A stretch of DNA of 64,000 nucleotides from an uncultured Gammaproteobacteria bacterium (lineage in GTDB: Bacteria > Pseudomonadota > Gammaproteobacteria > Nevskiales > Salinisphaeraceae). Position numbers and translations under genes: made by a program. Shown piece after piece: positions 60,935-64,000 of the stretch; the stretch's first letter is position 1, and every line of letters begins with the position of its first letter. Under the pieces are notes generated by a model. That model was not told where the DNA came from. It saw only the letters and a list, made by a program, of their open reading frames with translations, and ran no database searches. The stretch spans positions 157,750-221,749 of the forward strand of contig CAWIGB010000015.1 in the NCBI GenBank assembly GCA_963835375.1, given 5' to 3'.

Positions 60935-61642
60935 CTATCGATCGGCGAGAACGTTATTTTTCTTCGGGCGGCCTCGTCGCCCGGGCGTGGCCCGAATATT
61001 CAGCGCTTGTGCGATGCGTTCGCGAAAGGCTTCGCTGCCAAGCACCACGCCCTGACGGGCGCTGAGGCGAATTTCGCTCTCCGTTTCCGCTGCCAACGGT
61101 ATGCGGAACAACTCGCGGTATGCTCGCTGCCGCGCCGCAGCGGAATGGCCGAGATCGTGGTATAGCGAATGCGGCGTCAACCACGCATCGCCTCGACCCA
61201 GAGCGTTGGCATGGTAGCTGGACCAGCGGTAATCGTCCGGCGACTCGGCCATGCCCTGTGCTCTAACCGGGTTGAGTTCGATATAGCGATAACAGGCCAG
61301 TAAATAATGCTCGGACTCGACCGGGCTCGCGCGGTAACGTCCTTCCCATAGCGTGCCGGTTCGCTCGTAGCGGCGGTTGACGCGCCCGACGTAGCGGCGC
61401 CCGACCGACTGCATCATCCTTGACACCGCGTGGTCCTGATGGGGCGTGACCAACAGATGCACGTGGTTGGTCATCAGGACATAGGCATGGATATCACAAC
61501 CACTTGCCTCGGCAGCTGTCTGCAGACACTCCAGATAGAACAGGTAATCGTCGTCGTCAAAGAAGCAGGCCTGGCGATTATTGCCGCGCTGAATCACGTG
61601 CTGCGGCACACCGGGCAGGTTGAATCGGGGCAGGCGGGGCAT
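60935..61642 (-). CDS. Y1/HUH transposase (RAYT-like, different clade from 27794)
   Basis: HVIQRGNNRQ, YVLMTNHVHLL, RYIELNPVRA, YRWSSY, GRP C-terminus. Confidence 0.9.
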   Translation of the reverse strand: MPRLPRFNLPGVPQHVIQRGNNRQACFFDDDDYLFYLECLQTAAEASGCDIHAYVLMTNHVHLLVTPHQDHAVSRMMQSVGRRYVGRVNRRYERTGTLWEGRYRASPVESEHYLLACYRYIELNPVRAQGMAESPDDYRWSSYHANALGRGDAWLTPHSLYHDLGHSAAARQRAYRELFRIPLAAETESEIRLSARQGVVLGSEAFRERIAQALNIRATPGRRGRPKKNNVLADR

Positions 61643-61695
61643 GGGCTGGCTGCGAAGGGTTGCTTCTATTGTCAGGAACTATAGCAGGGCGGCGG

Positions 61696-62240
61696 ATAAG
61701 GTCTCTGACCCCTTTATTGCCCGATCCACGCCAGCCGGCGACCGAGCACCAAACGACGTAGGTCGGCTTAGACCGCCGGTCGTAAGCCGACACCGAAGCG
61801 CCTCGTGAGTGATCAAGCATCGGGGCGTTGATTCGACCCCGAGCACTGTTCTGTCGGATTACGCTGCGCTAATCCGACCTACGCGGCTGATGTCGGGAAC
61901 TATAGCAGGGCGGTGGATAAGGTCTCTGACCCCTTTATTGCCCTATAGCTAGCTCGGGCGGCGAACTATCAGGCGGATAAGGTCTCTGACCCCTTTTATC
62001 CTACTTGCAAGCGGGCGGCGGATAAGGTCTCTGACCCCTTTATGCTGCGCTAGAGACGTCTCTGTCGGATAAGCGCCTTTGTCGCCTGACACGGCTTGAA
62101 TCGGGGCAGGCGGGGCATGGGTTGGCTGTGAAGGGCTGCTTCTGATAGTCAGGCACTATAGCAGCCGGGCGGCGAATATTGTCTCTGACCCCTTTATTCC
62201 TCTCTTAGCAGGGCGCGAATTCGTCTCTGACCCCTTTGTT
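61696..62240. repeat. Array of six GTCTCTGACCCCTTT direct repeats with one embedded REP doublet
   Basis: Copies at ~61696, 61917, 61977, 62022, 62176 and 62218; REP pair 61758..61882; inverted copy AAGGGGTCAGACAC at ~60821. Confidence 0.88.
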
Positions 62241-62337
62241 GCGCCTAGTAAACAAGCACGAGGTTGCTAAAAGGCGCAGCCACATTGACTTGCGCCTTAT
62301 GCTACGAGCTTCGAGCTTGTAGTTAAATATGCCACCG

Positions 62338-62787
62338 CTAGCAGCTGGATCTGTCAAACGAGTTTCTGCAGTTCGCAGGGCAGATATTCGCGTCGCCAGC
62401 ACTGTAGCCGCATTGCCACTGAATCGGTGCATCTCGCCGCCGTGAAGGCTTGAGACTCAACACTTGGATCATTAGCCGCGCCAGTACATCTGCGTAGCGA
62501 CGACTGATTACCGCCGTCGCTGACATCGCACGCTGCTCACGTAATTGGTGCTACCGCTGAAGCTGTCATCGCAACGTTCGAGCTCATGATTACTGAACCC
62601 AGCCATACGTGGCAGTAGTATTCTGCTACTGCGGTCTTCGGCTTCGCTTGCTATATTAATCGCTTCGGTGACTTTCGAGCGCGTCGACGTAATTCTGATA
62701 CTGCGGAATCGCGATCGCCGCGAGGATGCCGATGATCGCGACGACGATCATCAGTTCGATCAGTGTGAAGCCTTGTTGCTTCTTCAT
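62338..62787 (-). CDS. pilA: Type IV major pilin (multiple indels)
   Basis: [38 protein letters not shown]-terminal WQC...PANCR. Confidence 0.85.
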
Positions 62788-62845
62788 TGCGGGTTCCCCC
62801 CTGGGGTGCTGAAAATAGTCACGTCGACCGGACGCATGCGTAGGA

Positions 62846-62863
62846 AAGCATGACACGTGCCAG
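62846..62863 (-). promoter_or_regulatory. Sigma-54 (RpoN) promoter of pilA
   Basis: Minus strand CTGGCACGTGTCATGCTT, canonical GG-N10-GC spacing. Confidence 0.8.
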
Positions 62864-62977
62864 CCGGGAACCGCAGTGTAATCAGAATGTTGGCGGGAAC
62901 GCCAGTGCCGCGTCGGGCTGTGTGTGCGTCAAAGAGTGACGCACCGCGGCAGTTGGGCGCGCCAGTGGCGTGCGCCG

Positions 62978-63196
62978 TTAGCGACCGCGGTAGGTGATAC
63001 GGCCCTTGCTGAGGTCGTAGGGCGTGATCTGGACGGTGACGCTGTCGCCGCGCAGGATACGGATGTAGTGCTTGCGCATCTTGCCGGAGATGTGGGCGGT
63101 CACGATGTGGCCGTTCTCCAGCTTCACGCGGAATGTGGTGTTGGGCAGAGTCTCGACGACTGTGCCTTCCATCTCGATGTGGTCTTCTTTTGCCAT
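62978..63196 (-). CDS. infA: Translation initiation factor IF-1
   Basis: [11 protein letters not shown]...[14 protein letters not shown]...YDLSKGRI. Confidence 0.98.
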   Translation of the reverse strand: MAKEDHIEMEGTVVETLPNTTFRVKLENGHIVTAHISGKMRKHYIRILRGDSVTVQITPYDLSKGRITYRGR

Positions 63197-63323
63197 TAGC
63201 TCCTGATCTCTTGCTCGACGCGGTTCAACGCGCGCAATTGTCTGCTATATGCGCGCCGGGTTCAATCGCGCTGTCGGCGCGGGGGCACGTGCGGCGGTGA
63301 TCACGCCGGGGCCCGCGCGGGTT

Positions 63324-64000
63324 TCAGCGGGTCTTCGATGTATTGGCTTGCCCGCTTTTTTCAAGATGCGCGCGGTTCCGGGGTGCATCGATGGCGAAGT
63401 GCCAGGGCGATGGCGGCGCATCGATCGGTGCCGGCTCGTGAACGGCAGCCAGAAACTGTGCACGGGGCAGATCGATGGCGCCCATGCGGTAAAGATGTGG
63501 GGAGCCGACCTGCCCGTCGAGGTATCGATAACCCCAGGCGTGCAGTTGTCGGGCCAGCCAGGCGAGCGCGATCTTGCTTGCGTCGGCCTGCGTGCTGAAC
63601 ATCGATTCGCCGAAGAATACGCGCCCGCTGGCCACGCCGTACAGCCCGCCGATGAGATGCCCGCTCCGCCAGACCTCGATGGAGTGCGCATGGCCGAGTT
63701 CGTGGAGGCGGATGTAGGCGTTGCGCATTTCCGGGCCCAGCCAGGTCCCTTCGCGATGCTCACGCAGGGCCGCGCATTGTCGAATCACGCCGGCAAAGTC
63801 GCGGTCGAGCGAGACGGCATAGTCCGCACGCGCCAGCGTACGCTGGAATCGACGAGAGATTCGGACCCCGTCCACCGGGAAAACGGTACGCGGGTCGGGC
63901 GACCACCAGAGAATCGATTCGTCGGGGTTGTACCAGGGGAATATGCCCAGCGAATAGGCGCGAAGCAGCCGCTGCGGCGACAGGTCGCCGCCCATGGCGA
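63324..64000 (-). CDS. aat: Leucyl/phenylalanyl-tRNA-protein transferase (5' truncated by window edge)
   Basis: GGDL...AYSLGIFPW, WWSPDPR, GGLYG, FFGESMFS, ASKIA. Confidence 0.93.
   Translation of the reverse strand, partial: AMGGDLSPQRLLRAYSLGIFPWYNPDESILWWSPDPRTVFPVDGVRISRRFQRTLARADYAVSLDRDFAGVIRQCAALREHREGTWLGPEMRNAYIRLHELGHAHSIEVWRSGHLIGGLYGVASGRVFFGESMFSTQADASKIALAWLARQLHAWGYRYLDGQVGSPHLYRMGAIDLPRAQFLAAVHEPAPIDAPPSPWHFAIDAPRNRAHLEKSGQANTSKTR

Noticed and set aside
61696-62240. GTCTCTGACCCC array read as CRISPR or integron attC sites
   Set aside because: Spacing is irregular, spacers are self-derived, and there are no cas genes, no integron integrase and no attC R-box structure.

Overview
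GC-rich gammaproteobacterial chromosome window (gene content suggests a Salinisphaera-like organism; this is an inference). Core blocks are serA-pheA-hisC-tyrA-aroA-cmk-rpsA-ihfB-lapA-lapB, bepA/perM/phoH/bcp/gcvR/dapA/bamC-like, tRNA-Ser/ffs/dnaX-ybaB-recR, phhB/orn, and infA/aat. Accessory content is two photolyases split by a RAYT-REP locus, an rml/wzx/wzy/GT/wzz/wcaJ polysaccharide cluster full of IS debris, and a pilA-to-O-oligosaccharyltransferase locus. Many essential genes are frameshifted, most likely from long-read indel errors. The most unusual observations are: (1) a duplicated tRNA-Ser(GGA) whose first copy is split exactly in the T-loop by a ~153-nt multi-hairpin insert; (2) a second Y1/HUH transposase with a non-REP array of six GTCTCTGACCCCTTT repeats plus an inverted copy, lying between pilA and the pilin glycosylation ligase; (3) locus-specific tandem REP-doublet arrays; (4) a group II intron 3' end inside an IS3 transposase gene; (5) two MITE families; (6) a candidate A-rich CrcZ-like sRNA.
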